In this document: in pieces, positions 39,655 to 48,858 of the stretch
How the letters are laid out: each line of letters opens with the position of its first letter
How positions within the stretch are numbered: position 1 is the stretch's first letter
Assembly (NCBI GenBank): GCA_035637675.1
Contig: DASPWU010000072.1
Location: 20,074 to 84,073, forward strand
DNA: 64,000 bases
Source of the DNA: Candidatus Limnocylindria bacterium
Lineage (GTDB): Bacteria > Chloroflexota > Limnocylindria > Limnocylindrales > CSP1-4
Direction: 5' to 3'
Notes under the pieces: generated by a model
What the model was told of the DNA's origin: nothing
Databases searched by the model: none
Seen by the model: the letters and a program-made list of their open reading frames with translations, nothing else
Program-made: the position numbers and the translations under genes

Positions 39655-41488
39655 TGCCGCGCGGCGTCCAGAGCATAGCCGGCGGCCGGTCCATGCCGGG
39701 CAGCGGCGCGTCGGGCGCCGATCGAAGGCCCTCGATGAAGGCGACCACCAGGGCCGGTTCGAGCTGGCTGTCGGCCGCGTCCTCCAGACGGCGGATCGCC
39801 TCCTCGACGTCGAGCGCCTTGCGGTAGGGCCGGCTCGTCGTCATCGCCGAGAACGCATCGGCGACGGCCAGGATCCTGGCAAACAACGGAATGTCCAGGC
39901 CGGCCAGGCCGTCGAGATAGCCGGTACCGTCCCAGCGCTCGTGGTGATGGCGGACGCCGCCCCGCACCAGCTCGATGTTCGGAAGGTCCCGCGCGATCAT
40001 GTCGCCGAGCGCGACGTGCTGCTTGACGATCGCGTATTCGTCGGCGGTCAGGGCGGCCGGCTTGCGCAGGATCGCGTCCGGGATGCCGATCTTGCCGACG
40101 TCGTGAAGGAGGCCGGCCATGGCCAGGGTCCGGCGGGGCTCGGCCTCCATGCCGATCCGGTCGGCGAGGAACAACGCGTAACGGGCAACGTCTTCCGAGT
40201 GGCGCTTGGTGTAGCGATCCTTCGTGTCGACCGCGATGACCAGGCCCTGCAGGACATCGAAGCTCGACTGCTCGGTCGCCTTGAGCCCGGCGATCGGCCC
40301 CGCTGCGACCCTGATCCCGTCGCCGCCACTGCCCTTGGCCTCGCCCAGGGTGACCGTCGCCACGGACAGGAGCTCGGTCGCCGCGTCGCCGTCGACGGGG
40401 GCGAAGCAGATTCCGGCGCTCACCGTGACCGGGAGACGCTCGGAGACCCCGAACTGGAGGCTGAGATCGAGCAGGCCCGTGCGCAGCCGACCGATCGCCG
40501 CCTCCAGGTCGTTGGAGCACGACGGTGGCGCCACGACGAGGAACTCGTCCGGCCCGTAGCGGCCCAGGACAGACTGACTGGAGAGCTCCCGCCGGAGGAT
40601 TCGGGCGACCTGCCGCAGCGCCTCGTCGCCGGCCGCGTGACCGTGTGCGTCGTTGAGGAGACGGAAGTTGTCGACGTCCACGATGGCAACGCCAACCGCT
40701 CCGCCGCCGGGATGGGCGGCCTCGATCTGGCCGATGAGCTCACCGACGACCGAGCCATGATTGAGCAGGCCGGTCAGCGCATCGCTCCGCTCTGCCTGGA
40801 GCAGCTCCCGCGTCTGGCGGCTCAACCGCGCCTGGGCGGCCCGGAAGATCAGGTACAGGAGAACGGCCAGGATCGTCGCCGCGGCCAGCGTGATGACGAC
40901 GGTGTCGCGGCGGCTCGCCTCGGCGTGGGCCGTGATCGGCGCCGCATCGCGATAGATCTCGAACACCAGGGGGATGCCGCCCGAGGTCTTGACCGGGAGG
41001 TACTCCTCCAGGACCAGGTCCGCCGGCAGTGCATCGGCGTCGCGCTCCTCGCCGTTGTCGCCGTCGGTGAGGTCGGCGAAGGGCTCGCCGGCGAACGCTT
41101 CCCGGAGGTCCTCCTCCAGGCCGAAGTTCCGACCGCGAAGCTCGGCAACGTCGCTGAAGAGGATCGTGCCGTCCGGGCCGTAGACCTTGACCCGGAGCAT
41201 GCCCGACGACCTGACCAGGTCCGAGAGACGCGCATCGATGTCAGCCTGTCGGGCAGGGGTCGGCCCGGCCGGCGAGAGATCCTCGGGCCCGATGAAGGCG
41301 CCGACGAAGCCGCTGACAAAGGAGGCGTCGGCGGCCACGCTGGATGCCAGTGCCGTCCCGGTCACGTGGCTGGACACGACGAAGGCCAGGGCGGCGCAGG
41401 TCCCGGCTACGAGCGTCAGGCTGGCCGCGTACACCAGGACCAGCAGCGGCGTCCTTCGTCGTCGCACGAGCGCGCTGCGCAGGTTCAC
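39644..41488 (-). CDS. Membrane sensor with degenerate GGDEF domain and HD-GYP phosphodiesterase domain
   Basis: N-terminal TM/periplasmic region. GGDEF domain with RYGPDEF in place of GG(D/E)EF. HD-GYP: RHSEDV...LHDVGKIGIPD...HHERWDGTGYL. Confidence 0.8.
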   Translation of the reverse strand: MNLRSALVRRRRTPLLVLVYAASLTLVAGTCAALAFVVSSHVTGTALASSVAADASFVSGFVGAFIGPEDLSPAGPTPARQADIDARLSDLVRSSGMLRVKVYGPDGTILFSDVAELRGRNFGLEEDLREAFAGEPFADLTDGDNGEERDADALPADLVLEEYLPVKTSGGIPLVFEIYRDAAPITAHAEASRRDTVVITLAAATILAVLLYLIFRAAQARLSRQTRELLQAERSDALTGLLNHGSVVGELIGQIEAAHPGGGAVGVAIVDVDNFRLLNDAHGHAAGDEALRQVARILRRELSSQSVLGRYGPDEFLVVAPPSCSNDLEAAIGRLRTGLLDLSLQFGVSERLPVTVSAGICFAPVDGDAATELLSVATVTLGEAKGSGGDGIRVAAGPIAGLKATEQSSFDVLQGLVIAVDTKDRYTKRHSEDVARYALFLADRIGMEAEPRRTLAMAGLLHDVGKIGIPDAILRKPAALTADEYAIVKQHVALGDMIARDLPNIELVRGGVRHHHERWDGTGYLDGLAGLDIPLFARILAVADAFSAMTTSRPYRKALDVEEAIRRLEDAADSQLEPALVVAFIEGLRSAPDAPLPGMDRPPAMLWTPRGNVA

Positions 41489-41569
41489 GCCCGGACGCTA
41501 GGTTGAGGCGTGCGGCCTGTCGATAGGACGAATGGGTGTCGGCCCGTCCCATTTGGGCCGGGCGGCGGC

Positions 41570-41980
41570 TCAGAGTCGAATGACGCCCACCACGTCGATC
41601 AGGATGAACAGGATCGCCAGAATGCCCACCAGCGATCCTCCCACGCGAGCGATCCGCCGGACATCGCGGACGACGTAGGCGTACTCCTCCTCGGCCCGGG
41701 CGGCCAGCAGGCTGCCCTCGCGGCTCCGCCCCGGCGTCAGCCCCAACGACTGCTCGCTCCGTTTGCGCTCCCGGGCACGCGTCCGGCCCGCCTCGGCCGC
41801 CCGCTCCTCGGCGAGGATCTGGGCCTCGAGCTCCGCGGCGCGGGCCTCTTCGGCCGCGGTCAGTGCGCCGATCGGCCGGGAGGGCGCGGCGGGCCTGGGT
41901 CCGGCCGGCGGCCGAGTACCGGGCCGGCCGGCGCGGGCCGACGACCGCTGGCCGGGTCGAGTTCGCTGACGCTTGGCCAT
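41570..41980 (-). CDS. Hypothetical small protein (basic N-terminus, coiled coil, C-terminal TM)
   Basis: ATG at 41980 with AGGAGG upstream (long spacer). LVGILAILFILIDVVGVI at the C-terminus. Confidence 0.35.
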   Translation of the reverse strand: MAKRQRTRPGQRSSARAGRPGTRPPAGPRPAAPSRPIGALTAAEEARAAELEAQILAEERAAEAGRTRARERKRSEQSLGLTPGRSREGSLLAARAEEEYAYVVRDVRRIARVGGSLVGILAILFILIDVVGVIRL

Positions 41981-42318
41981 CGCTCGGGAACAGCCTCCTG
42001 GGGGCGGATGCCGATCGCTTGGCACGACGCAGCCGTTCGGTGGGCGCCGTGTCCGAAGGCGAAGAATACCATCGGCTGATCGGGCCACCGGGTGGCGGGG
42101 GACGAGTTGACGGGCCTGCCGAATCGGCCCCGACCCCGCAGGGCCCATGCGCTGGACGCAACAATGCACGCGCATTCACGCGGGCCAGGCCGGTTGCGGC
42201 GTCCCGTCGCCGCCCGGCAGGCACTCGCCCGTGCAGGACCGCCTGATAGACTCGGGCGACCGCCTGGGAGGGCCCGTTCATCGATCTCAACGCGCTCGTC
42301 GAGCCCCGGATCGGCGTC

Positions 42319-42831
42319 GTGGCGGCCGTCCTCGCCATCCTCCTGTGCGCCGCACTGGTGCTGGTCGCGATCCTGGCTCGTCGTGTGCGGCGGCTGGAGC
42401 GGCGCCTGAATGGCATCACCCGCAGCGCCGAGGGCTGGAGCCTGGAAGCCATCCTGGAGGGGCACCTGGACCGGGTCCTGGCGGTGGACCGGGAGGTCGA
42501 CCAGCTGGCGGCCCGCACGGCCATCCTCGAGGCGGCCGGCAGGCGGGCGTTTCAGCGGGCCGCGCTCGTCCGCTTCAATCCGTTCGAGGAGACCGGCGGC
42601 AACCAGAGCTTCGCCCTCGCCCTGCTGGACGCCGAGGGCGATGGTTTCATCATCAACAGCCTTCACGCCCGGGCGGGGACGCGGGTCTACGCGCGAACGC
42701 TCACCGGCGGTCGGGCGGAGGGCCAGCTGTCGGCCGAGGAGGCCGAGGCACTCAAGCTGGCCCGCTCCTCGCCGGCAGGACGCCCGGCCGTCGCCGACCG
42801 GCCCGACCGGCAGTCCAGCCGAGGCGCGTGA
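42319..42831 (+). CDS. DUF4446 family protein
   Basis: N-terminal TM, then LERRLNGITRSAEGWSLEAILEGHLD...FNPFEETGGNQSFALALLD, characteristic of DUF4446. Confidence 0.6.
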   Translation: MAAVLAILLCAALVLVAILARRVRRLERRLNGITRSAEGWSLEAILEGHLDRVLAVDREVDQLAARTAILEAAGRRAFQRAALVRFNPFEETGGNQSFALALLDAEGDGFIINSLHARAGTRVYARTLTGGRAEGQLSAEEAEALKLARSSPAGRPAVADRPDRQSSRGA

Positions 42832-42868
42832 CGACTGAGCTGTCACGACTCGCAGCGATGATCGGAGC

Positions 42869-45800
42869 ATGGTCTCCCAGGCGGCAACGCGCGTCAGGCG
42901 TCGGATGAGGCGGCACGTCCGGCGCGAGCCGGAGCGTCTCGAGCAGATCCCCGTCTGGAGTGAGCAGGCCGGCGTCTCCGGCCCGATGCACCCGGAACGG
43001 GCCCGTCCCGGGGCCGAGAGGGAGAATGGGCACGGACTGGCCGGGCTGCTCCATGGCCTCAACCCGGAGCAACATCGGGCCGTGACCCACGGCCAAGGGC
43101 CCCTCCTCGTCGTGGCCGGCGCCGGCACTGGGAAGACCCAGGTCATCACCCGCCGGATCGCCTGGCTCATCGCCACCCGCCGTGCCCGACCCTCCGAGAT
43201 CCTCGCCCTGACATTCACGGACAAGGCGGCAGCGGAGATGCAGGTCCGCGTCGATCAGCTCGTGCCATACGGCTATGCGGACGCGGCCATCTCCACGTTC
43301 CACGCATTCGGCGACCGGATGATTCGCGAGTTCGCCCTGGAGCTGGGCCGCGCCCCGGACGCCCGGGTGCTGTCCCGTCCGGAGGTCGTCGTCTTCCTGC
43401 GCGAGCATCTCTTCGACTTCCAGCTCGAGCGCTACCGGCCGCTCGGCGATCCCACTCGCTTTCTCGATTCGCTGGCGGCCCTGTTCAGCCGGTGCAAGGA
43501 CGAGGATGTATCGCCGGCCCGCTATCTCGAGCATGCCCAGTACCTGGCGGCCAGCGCTGAGGAGATGGCGGCCTCCCTGGCCGCGCGGGGTGACGTGGCC
43601 ACCGACGCCGAGCGGGACGCCGCCGACGCGGCGACCGAGGAGGCCCAGCGGCAGCTCGAGCTGGCCCGCGCCTACGGCCTGTACCAGGAGCTGCTCGGCC
43701 GAGCCGGGTTCCTCGACTTCGGCGACCAGGTCAGCCTGGCCCTGCGGGTCCTGCGCGAGTCGGCTGCCGTTCGCCAGGAGATGCAGGCCCGCTTCAAGTA
43801 CATCCTGGTGGACGAATTCCAGGACACCAACCGGGCCCAATCCCAGCTCGTCGCCCTGCTCGCCGAACGGCACCGGAACGTCACCGTGGTCGGCGACGAC
43901 GATCAGTCGATCTACCGCTTTCGGGGAGCCGCGATCAGCAACATCCTCGAGTTCCGGGAGCGCTACCGGCGTGCTCGGCTGGTCGTGCTTCGGCGCAACT
44001 ACCGCTCGTTCGGGCCCATCCTTGACGCCGCCTATCGACTCGTCCGGCATAACGATCCGGACCGCCTGGAGGTTCGCAGCGGGATCGTCAAGCGGTTGCG
44101 CCCCGAGCGCTCGGACGACGCCGCGCCCCCCGTCCGGCTGGAGGCATTCGCAACCGGCTCGGACGAGGCCGACTGGGTGGCCGCGGAGATCGGGCGACGG
44201 ATCGCGGCGGGTGCCCGACCGCGAAGTCACGCGGTGCTCGTCCGCACGAACGCCACCGCGGATTCGATCCTGCGCTCGCTCAACGTTGCCGGCATCCCCT
44301 GGCGCTTCTCGGGCACGTCGGGCCTGTACGGACGTCCGGAGGTCCGCGTCCTGCTGGCCTTTCTGCGCGCGGTCGCGGACCTGTCGTCGAGCACGGACGT
44401 GTACGCCCTGGCGGCGTCGGAGGTCTACGGCCTGGGCGGAGAGGACCTCACGGCCATCGTCAACGCGGCCCGCCGCCGGAATCGGTCGCTGTGGGAGGTC
44501 ATCGAGGAGCTGGATCGCCAGCCCGGTCTCATCCGCCTGGGGCCACAGACGCGGGCGGGCCTGGCCCGCCTGGTAGCCGATCTGCGGCGCTGGGTCGAGC
44601 TTGCCCATGAGCGATCCACGGGGGAGGTGCTGTACGCATTTCTCCGCGAGTCCGGGCTGCTGGCTCGCTGGGCCGCTCTCGAGACGACCGGGGCCGCGGA
44701 GGCGCTGCAGAACGCGGCGCGCTTCTTCGAGGTCGTCCGGGCGCGGTCGGAGCTCGTGGCGGATCCCCGGCCGGCATTCGTGGTGCCGCACCTGGCCACG
44801 CTCATCGAGGCCGGCGACGATCCTGCCACCGCGGAGCTGGACCCGGACGCCGATGCGGTCGCGGTTCTGACCGTTCACAAGGCCAAGGGTCTCGAGTTCC
44901 CCGTGGTCTTCCTGGTGGGCCTGGTCGCCGGCCGGTTCCCCACGGCCACGCGGCGGGACCCTCTGCCGTTGCCGGTCGAGCTGCTCGATGGGACGCTGCC
45001 GGAGGGCGACTTCGAGCTGCAGGAAGAGCGGCGGCTCTTCTACGTGGGCATGACCCGCGCCCGGGACGAGCTGATCCTCAGTCACGCCGCTGACTACGGC
45101 GGAGCCCGAGCCCGCCGGGTCTCGCCGTTCGTGTTGGAGGCGCTCGACCTGCCCGCCTCCGCCGCCGCCCCTGGTGCGGGACTGGGCGAGCCCTCTCCGC
45201 TCGAGAAGCTGGCCGCCTTCCAGGCTGTCGAGCCGCCGCCGGAGGCTGCGCGCCCGGCGCCGGGGCCCCGGTCCGAGCCGCTGTCGCTGAGCTACGGGGC
45301 CATCGACGCGTACCTGACCTGCCCGGCGAAGTACCGCTACGGTCACGTGCTGCGGATCCCGATCGCGCCCCATCACGCGCTCATCTACGGGTCGGCGCTC
45401 CACGCCGCAGTCCAGGAGTTCCATCGGCGCCACGCCCGAGGCGAGGTCATGTCCGAGGAGGCGCTCGTGGCGGCCTTCAAGGCGGCCTGGACGAACGAGG
45501 GCTTCCTCACCCGGGAGCACGAGGAAGCGCGTCTCAGCGCCGGCCGTGCGGCGCTCCTTCGGTTCCGCGCCGATCAGCTCCGACCCGGCGCCGTCATTCC
45601 CGCATACGTGGAGCGAGAGTTCACCTTCAGCCTGGGAGGCGATCGGATCCGCGGCCGCTGGGACCGGGTCGACGTCGAGCCGGCGGACGAGGCAGCGACG
45701 GCTCGTCCGTCCGCGGCGTCCGATCCTGCCGCGGTGCCGGCCCGACCGGTGGTGCTCCCGGACGTCGTGGAAGACACGCTCCCGCTCCTGCCCCGCGAGC

Positions 45801-46153
45801 GAGTGACGATCACGGACTACAAGTCGAGCGACGTCCGCGATGCGGTCACGGCGCGGCAACGGGCCCGCGATTCGCTCCAGCTCTCGATCTACGCGCTGGC
45901 CTACCAGGCCCAGACCGGTCGTCTCCCGGACGCGGTTCAGCTGTGGTTCCTCGAGTCCGGGCTTATCGGGCGGGCCGAGATCGACGATCGGCGCCTGGCC
46001 CGGGCTCGGGCGCGGATCTCGCGCGCCGCGGAGGGCATCCGTGCCGGCGACTTCGCGGCGCGGCCGGACCCGCTGTCCTGCTCGTACTGCCCGTATCGCG
46101 ACATCTGCCCGGACAGCGTCGCTCGCGGGTCCGGCCGATCGACGGGCGCCTGA
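42869..46153 (+). CDS. UvrD/PcrA-like SF1 helicase fused to a C-terminal PD-(D/E)xK nuclease with an Fe-S cysteine cluster (AdnB/AddA-like, single chain)
   Basis: Walker A AGAGTGKTQV. Helicase motifs II-VI (DEFQDT, VGDDDQSIYRFRGA, VHKAKGLEFP). C-terminal RecB-family nuclease with CSYCPYRDIC plus an upstream Cys. Start may be the ATG at 42986. Confidence 0.8.
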   Translation: MVSQAATRVRRRMRRHVRREPERLEQIPVWSEQAGVSGPMHPERARPGAERENGHGLAGLLHGLNPEQHRAVTHGQGPLLVVAGAGTGKTQVITRRIAWLIATRRARPSEILALTFTDKAAAEMQVRVDQLVPYGYADAAISTFHAFGDRMIREFALELGRAPDARVLSRPEVVVFLREHLFDFQLERYRPLGDPTRFLDSLAALFSRCKDEDVSPARYLEHAQYLAASAEEMAASLAARGDVATDAERDAADAATEEAQRQLELARAYGLYQELLGRAGFLDFGDQVSLALRVLRESAAVRQEMQARFKYILVDEFQDTNRAQSQLVALLAERHRNVTVVGDDDQSIYRFRGAAISNILEFRERYRRARLVVLRRNYRSFGPILDAAYRLVRHNDPDRLEVRSGIVKRLRPERSDDAAPPVRLEAFATGSDEADWVAAEIGRRIAAGARPRSHAVLVRTNATADSILRSLNVAGIPWRFSGTSGLYGRPEVRVLLAFLRAVADLSSSTDVYALAASEVYGLGGEDLTAIVNAARRRNRSLWEVIEELDRQPGLIRLGPQTRAGLARLVADLRRWVELAHERSTGEVLYAFLRESGLLARWAALETTGAAEALQNAARFFEVVRARSELVADPRPAFVVPHLATLIEAGDDPATAELDPDADAVAVLTVHKAKGLEFPVVFLVGLVAGRFPTATRRDPLPLPVELLDGTLPEGDFELQEERRLFYVGMTRARDELILSHAADYGGARARRVSPFVLEALDLPASAAAPGAGLGEPSPLEKLAAFQAVEPPPEAARPAPGPRSEPLSLSYGAIDAYLTCPAKYRYGHVLRIPIAPHHALIYGSALHAAVQEFHRRHARGEVMSEEALVAAFKAAWTNEGFLTREHEEARLSAGRAALLRFRADQLRPGAVIPAYVEREFTFSLGGDRIRGRWDRVDVEPADEAATARPSAASDPAAVPARPVVLPDVVEDTLPLLPRERVTITDYKSSDVRDAVTARQRARDSLQLSIYALAYQAQTGRLPDAVQLWFLESGLIGRAEIDDRRLARARARISRAAEGIRAGDFAARPDPLSCSYCPYRDICPDSVARGSGRSTGA

Positions 46154-46186
46154 GCGGGTGAGCTGCATCGGGCCGGCGGCGCACCG

Positions 46187-46993
46187 GTGAGCACCCCGGT
46201 CGCCCTGGCGGCCATCACGTTCGACTTCGGCAACACGCTCGTGCCGGTAGGCGACGAGGAGTTGCGCGCGGTCGTGGACCGCACCGCCCGGGACGTGGCC
46301 CGGCTGAGCGGCCCGTTCGCGAAGGATGCGTTCCTGGCGGCGTGGCACGAAGAGCGCGGCCGGCAGTTCGCCGAGGAGGTGCCGGCGATGCGCGAGGTGG
46401 ACCTCGAGCAACGGATGGGCCGCGTCCTGGCGCGGCTGCGCGGCATGTCGCCGCCACCCGGCGGGGAACGTTGGGACGACGAGGGCGCGGCCGTCCTGTC
46501 GACGCCGGACGAGCGGGCCGCGGCAGTCGATGCATATGGCCGGGCATTCGTCGAGCTCGTTCCGGCGCCTTCGGAGGTCGGTCCGCTGCTGGGACGGCTG
46601 GCCCGCCGCTTCCGCCTGGGCATCTTGTCCAATTGGCCGCTCGCGGTGACCATCGACCGCTTCGTGGCGGCAGCCGGCTGGGACCGTTACCTGAGCACGA
46701 TCGTCGTGAGCCAGCGAGTCGGCACGGTCAAGCCCGACCCGGCCATCTTCGCGGCCGCGGCGAAGGCGCTCGGGGTGTCCGGCCCAGATGCGCTCCACGT
46801 CGGCGACGACTGGCTTGCCGACGTCGTGGGGGCGAAACGGGCCGGCTGGCGGGCCGCCTACCTTCGTGACGCCCAGGCCGGATCGCCCCTGCCGTCGAGC
46901 AGTCCGGATGCCGACGCCACGGTGGTTCCGGATGTGGTTCTGGACCACCTCACCGAGATCGAGGCGAGGCTCGGCCGTGCTCCGCTCGCGTAG
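46187..46993 (+). CDS. HAD superfamily hydrolase (atypical motif I)
   Basis: ITFDFGNTL (DxGxT rather than DxDxT). C-terminal GDDWLADVVGAKRAG (motif IV). Confidence 0.65.
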   Translation: MSTPVALAAITFDFGNTLVPVGDEELRAVVDRTARDVARLSGPFAKDAFLAAWHEERGRQFAEEVPAMREVDLEQRMGRVLARLRGMSPPPGGERWDDEGAAVLSTPDERAAAVDAYGRAFVELVPAPSEVGPLLGRLARRFRLGILSNWPLAVTIDRFVAAAGWDRYLSTIVVSQRVGTVKPDPAIFAAAAKALGVSGPDALHVGDDWLADVVGAKRAGWRAAYLRDAQAGSPLPSSSPDADATVVPDVVLDHLTEIEARLGRAPLA

Positions 46994-47004
46994 ACTCGCG
47001 GGCG

Positions 47005-47379
47005 ATGGAAGCACGGGACCGGCTCGTGAATCTCGCGATCTTCGCTGCGGCCGGTCTGGCCTGGCTGCTCGTGGGGCTCGTGATCACGTCGCGCGATCCA
47101 CGACAGGATCCCGGAGCCGGCTTCGTGGGCGCGGTGCTCATCGGCCTGGCCATCGGGCTGACGACGATCCCGCTGTTCTGGTTGGCGGTGTTTGGTCGTC
47201 ACCGCCGCCTGGCCTATCGGGGCGATTGGCTGCGCGCCATCCGGCGCGGCGGCTGGGTGGCGGTCGTCGTCGCCCTGTTCGTCGTGCTTCGCCTCCAGGG
47301 TGCGCTGCAGCTGCCCATCGCGCTTTTCGTCCTCACCCTCGTCGCAGTTGCAGAGGCGACCCTGTCGACCGAGCGGTGA
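47005..47379 (+). CDS. Small hypothetical membrane protein (4 TM)
   Basis: Hydrophobic helices throughout. No conserved motif recognised. Confidence 0.4.
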   Translation: MEARDRLVNLAIFAAAGLAWLLVGLVITSRDPRQDPGAGFVGAVLIGLAIGLTTIPLFWLAVFGRHRRLAYRGDWLRAIRRGGWVAVVVALFVVLRLQGALQLPIALFVLTLVAVAEATLSTER

Positions 47380-47432
47380 TCGGGGTGCCGCCCTGCGCCA
47401 CAAGTCCATAGCTTTGGCAAATAGGAGGAGCC

Positions 47433-48665
47433 GTGCCCACATTCGATTCCACCGTTGCTCCGGCCGCGCCCTTTGCCGACGCGAAACGGCGCCTGGCGGA
47501 TGCCGTTCAGGCCGGACGCCAGGAGATCCTCGAGCTCAGCCACCGGATCCACGAGAACCCCGAGCCGGCCTTCGAGGAGCACCGCGCGGCAAGCTGGGTG
47601 GCCGAAGCTCTCGGCCGGCACGGGTACGCCGTGACAGCCCCGGCCGGCAGCCTGGCCACTGCCGTCCAGGGGCGACTGGCCGGCGGCAGGGCCGGAGGCG
47701 GGAAGAAGGACCGGCCTGGCCCGCGCATCGGGATCCTGGCCGAATACGACGCGCTGCCCAGCCTGGGCCACGGCTGCGGCCACAACACGATGGCGGCGTC
47801 GGGGGTGGGCGCGGCGATCGCCCTCGCCGCGCTTGCGCCGGACCTGGCCGGCGAGATCGTGTTCCTTGGCTGCCCGGCGGAGGAGCGCGGCTCGGGCAAG
47901 CAGCAGATGCTCGACGATGGGCTGTTCGACGGGCTGGACGCCGCGTTGCTCTTCCACCCCTCAGATCGAACGCAGGTCGCCTGCGAGCTCCTCGCCAGCG
48001 AGGACATCGAGGTCACGTTCAGCGGGCTGCAGGCGCACGCCGCGTCGGAGCCGTGGGAGGGCAGGAACGCCCTCGACGGGCTCGTCATGCTGTTCTCCTC
48101 GATCGGGCTGTGGCGCCAGCAGTTGCCGCACCACGCACGGGTTCACGGGATCGTCCTGGAGGGCGGCACGGCGGCCAACATCATCCCGGACCGCGCCGTC
48201 GGGCGGTTCATGATCCGCAGCACGAACCAGGCCTACTTCGGGAAGATGCGGCAGCGGTTCCGCGACCTGGTCGCGGCCGCGGCGCTGGCCAGCGACACGT
48301 CGGGCGCGGCCGTCTTCTCGGGCGGCTCGACGACGATGAAGGACAACGCGGTCCTCAAGGACCGATTCCGGGTCAACCTCGAGGCCTACGGATGGACGGA
48401 CCACCCCTTCGATCCCGAGCACATGGGCAGCTCGGACATGGGCAACGTCAGCCATCGGCTGCCTACCATCCATCCCCAGCTGGCGATCTGCGACGAGGGG
48501 GTGCCCGGCCACTCGATCGCCTTCCGGGATGCCGCCGTCGAGCCGCGAGCGGACGAGGTGACGCTGCTCTCCGCCGCCCTCGTCGCCCAGACGGCATACG
48601 AGCTGTTCGTCGACGCCGACCTCGTCGCCGCCGCCTGGCGGGAGTTCCGCGGCGAGGCCGGCTGA
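47433..48665 (+). CDS. M20D family amidohydrolase (hippurate hydrolase/AbgB-like)
   Basis: HRIHENPEPAFEE and metal-site GHGCGHN. M20 dimerisation-domain features. Confidence 0.8.
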   Translation: MPTFDSTVAPAAPFADAKRRLADAVQAGRQEILELSHRIHENPEPAFEEHRAASWVAEALGRHGYAVTAPAGSLATAVQGRLAGGRAGGGKKDRPGPRIGILAEYDALPSLGHGCGHNTMAASGVGAAIALAALAPDLAGEIVFLGCPAEERGSGKQQMLDDGLFDGLDAALLFHPSDRTQVACELLASEDIEVTFSGLQAHAASEPWEGRNALDGLVMLFSSIGLWRQQLPHHARVHGIVLEGGTAANIIPDRAVGRFMIRSTNQAYFGKMRQRFRDLVAAAALASDTSGAAVFSGGSTTMKDNAVLKDRFRVNLEAYGWTDHPFDPEHMGSSDMGNVSHRLPTIHPQLAICDEGVPGHSIAFRDAAVEPRADEVTLLSAALVAQTAYELFVDADLVAAAWREFRGEAG

Positions 48666-48858
48666 TACACCAACATTTGGCTGGCGCGCCGGTCGCGATT
48701 CCGGCTGGTGCTAGCATTCCGTTCGGCGCGCCCCGCTGGACGTCGGATGCGAACCGGCGGCGCCCCCAGAGAGACGGATCGGACCCGCGGCGCCCCCTTG
48801 GCGGCCCGGGCGGACTGCCGCCACCGCTTGCGGCACGCCGTCTCCCGGAGGACTGCCC

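Noticed and set aside
42752-47014. 1420-aa minus-strand ORF antisense to the helicase-nuclease and HAD genes
   Set aside because: Arg/Pro/Gly-rich low-complexity translation typical of antisense frames in 70% GC DNA. No recognisable domains. The plus strand carries clear helicase and nuclease motifs.
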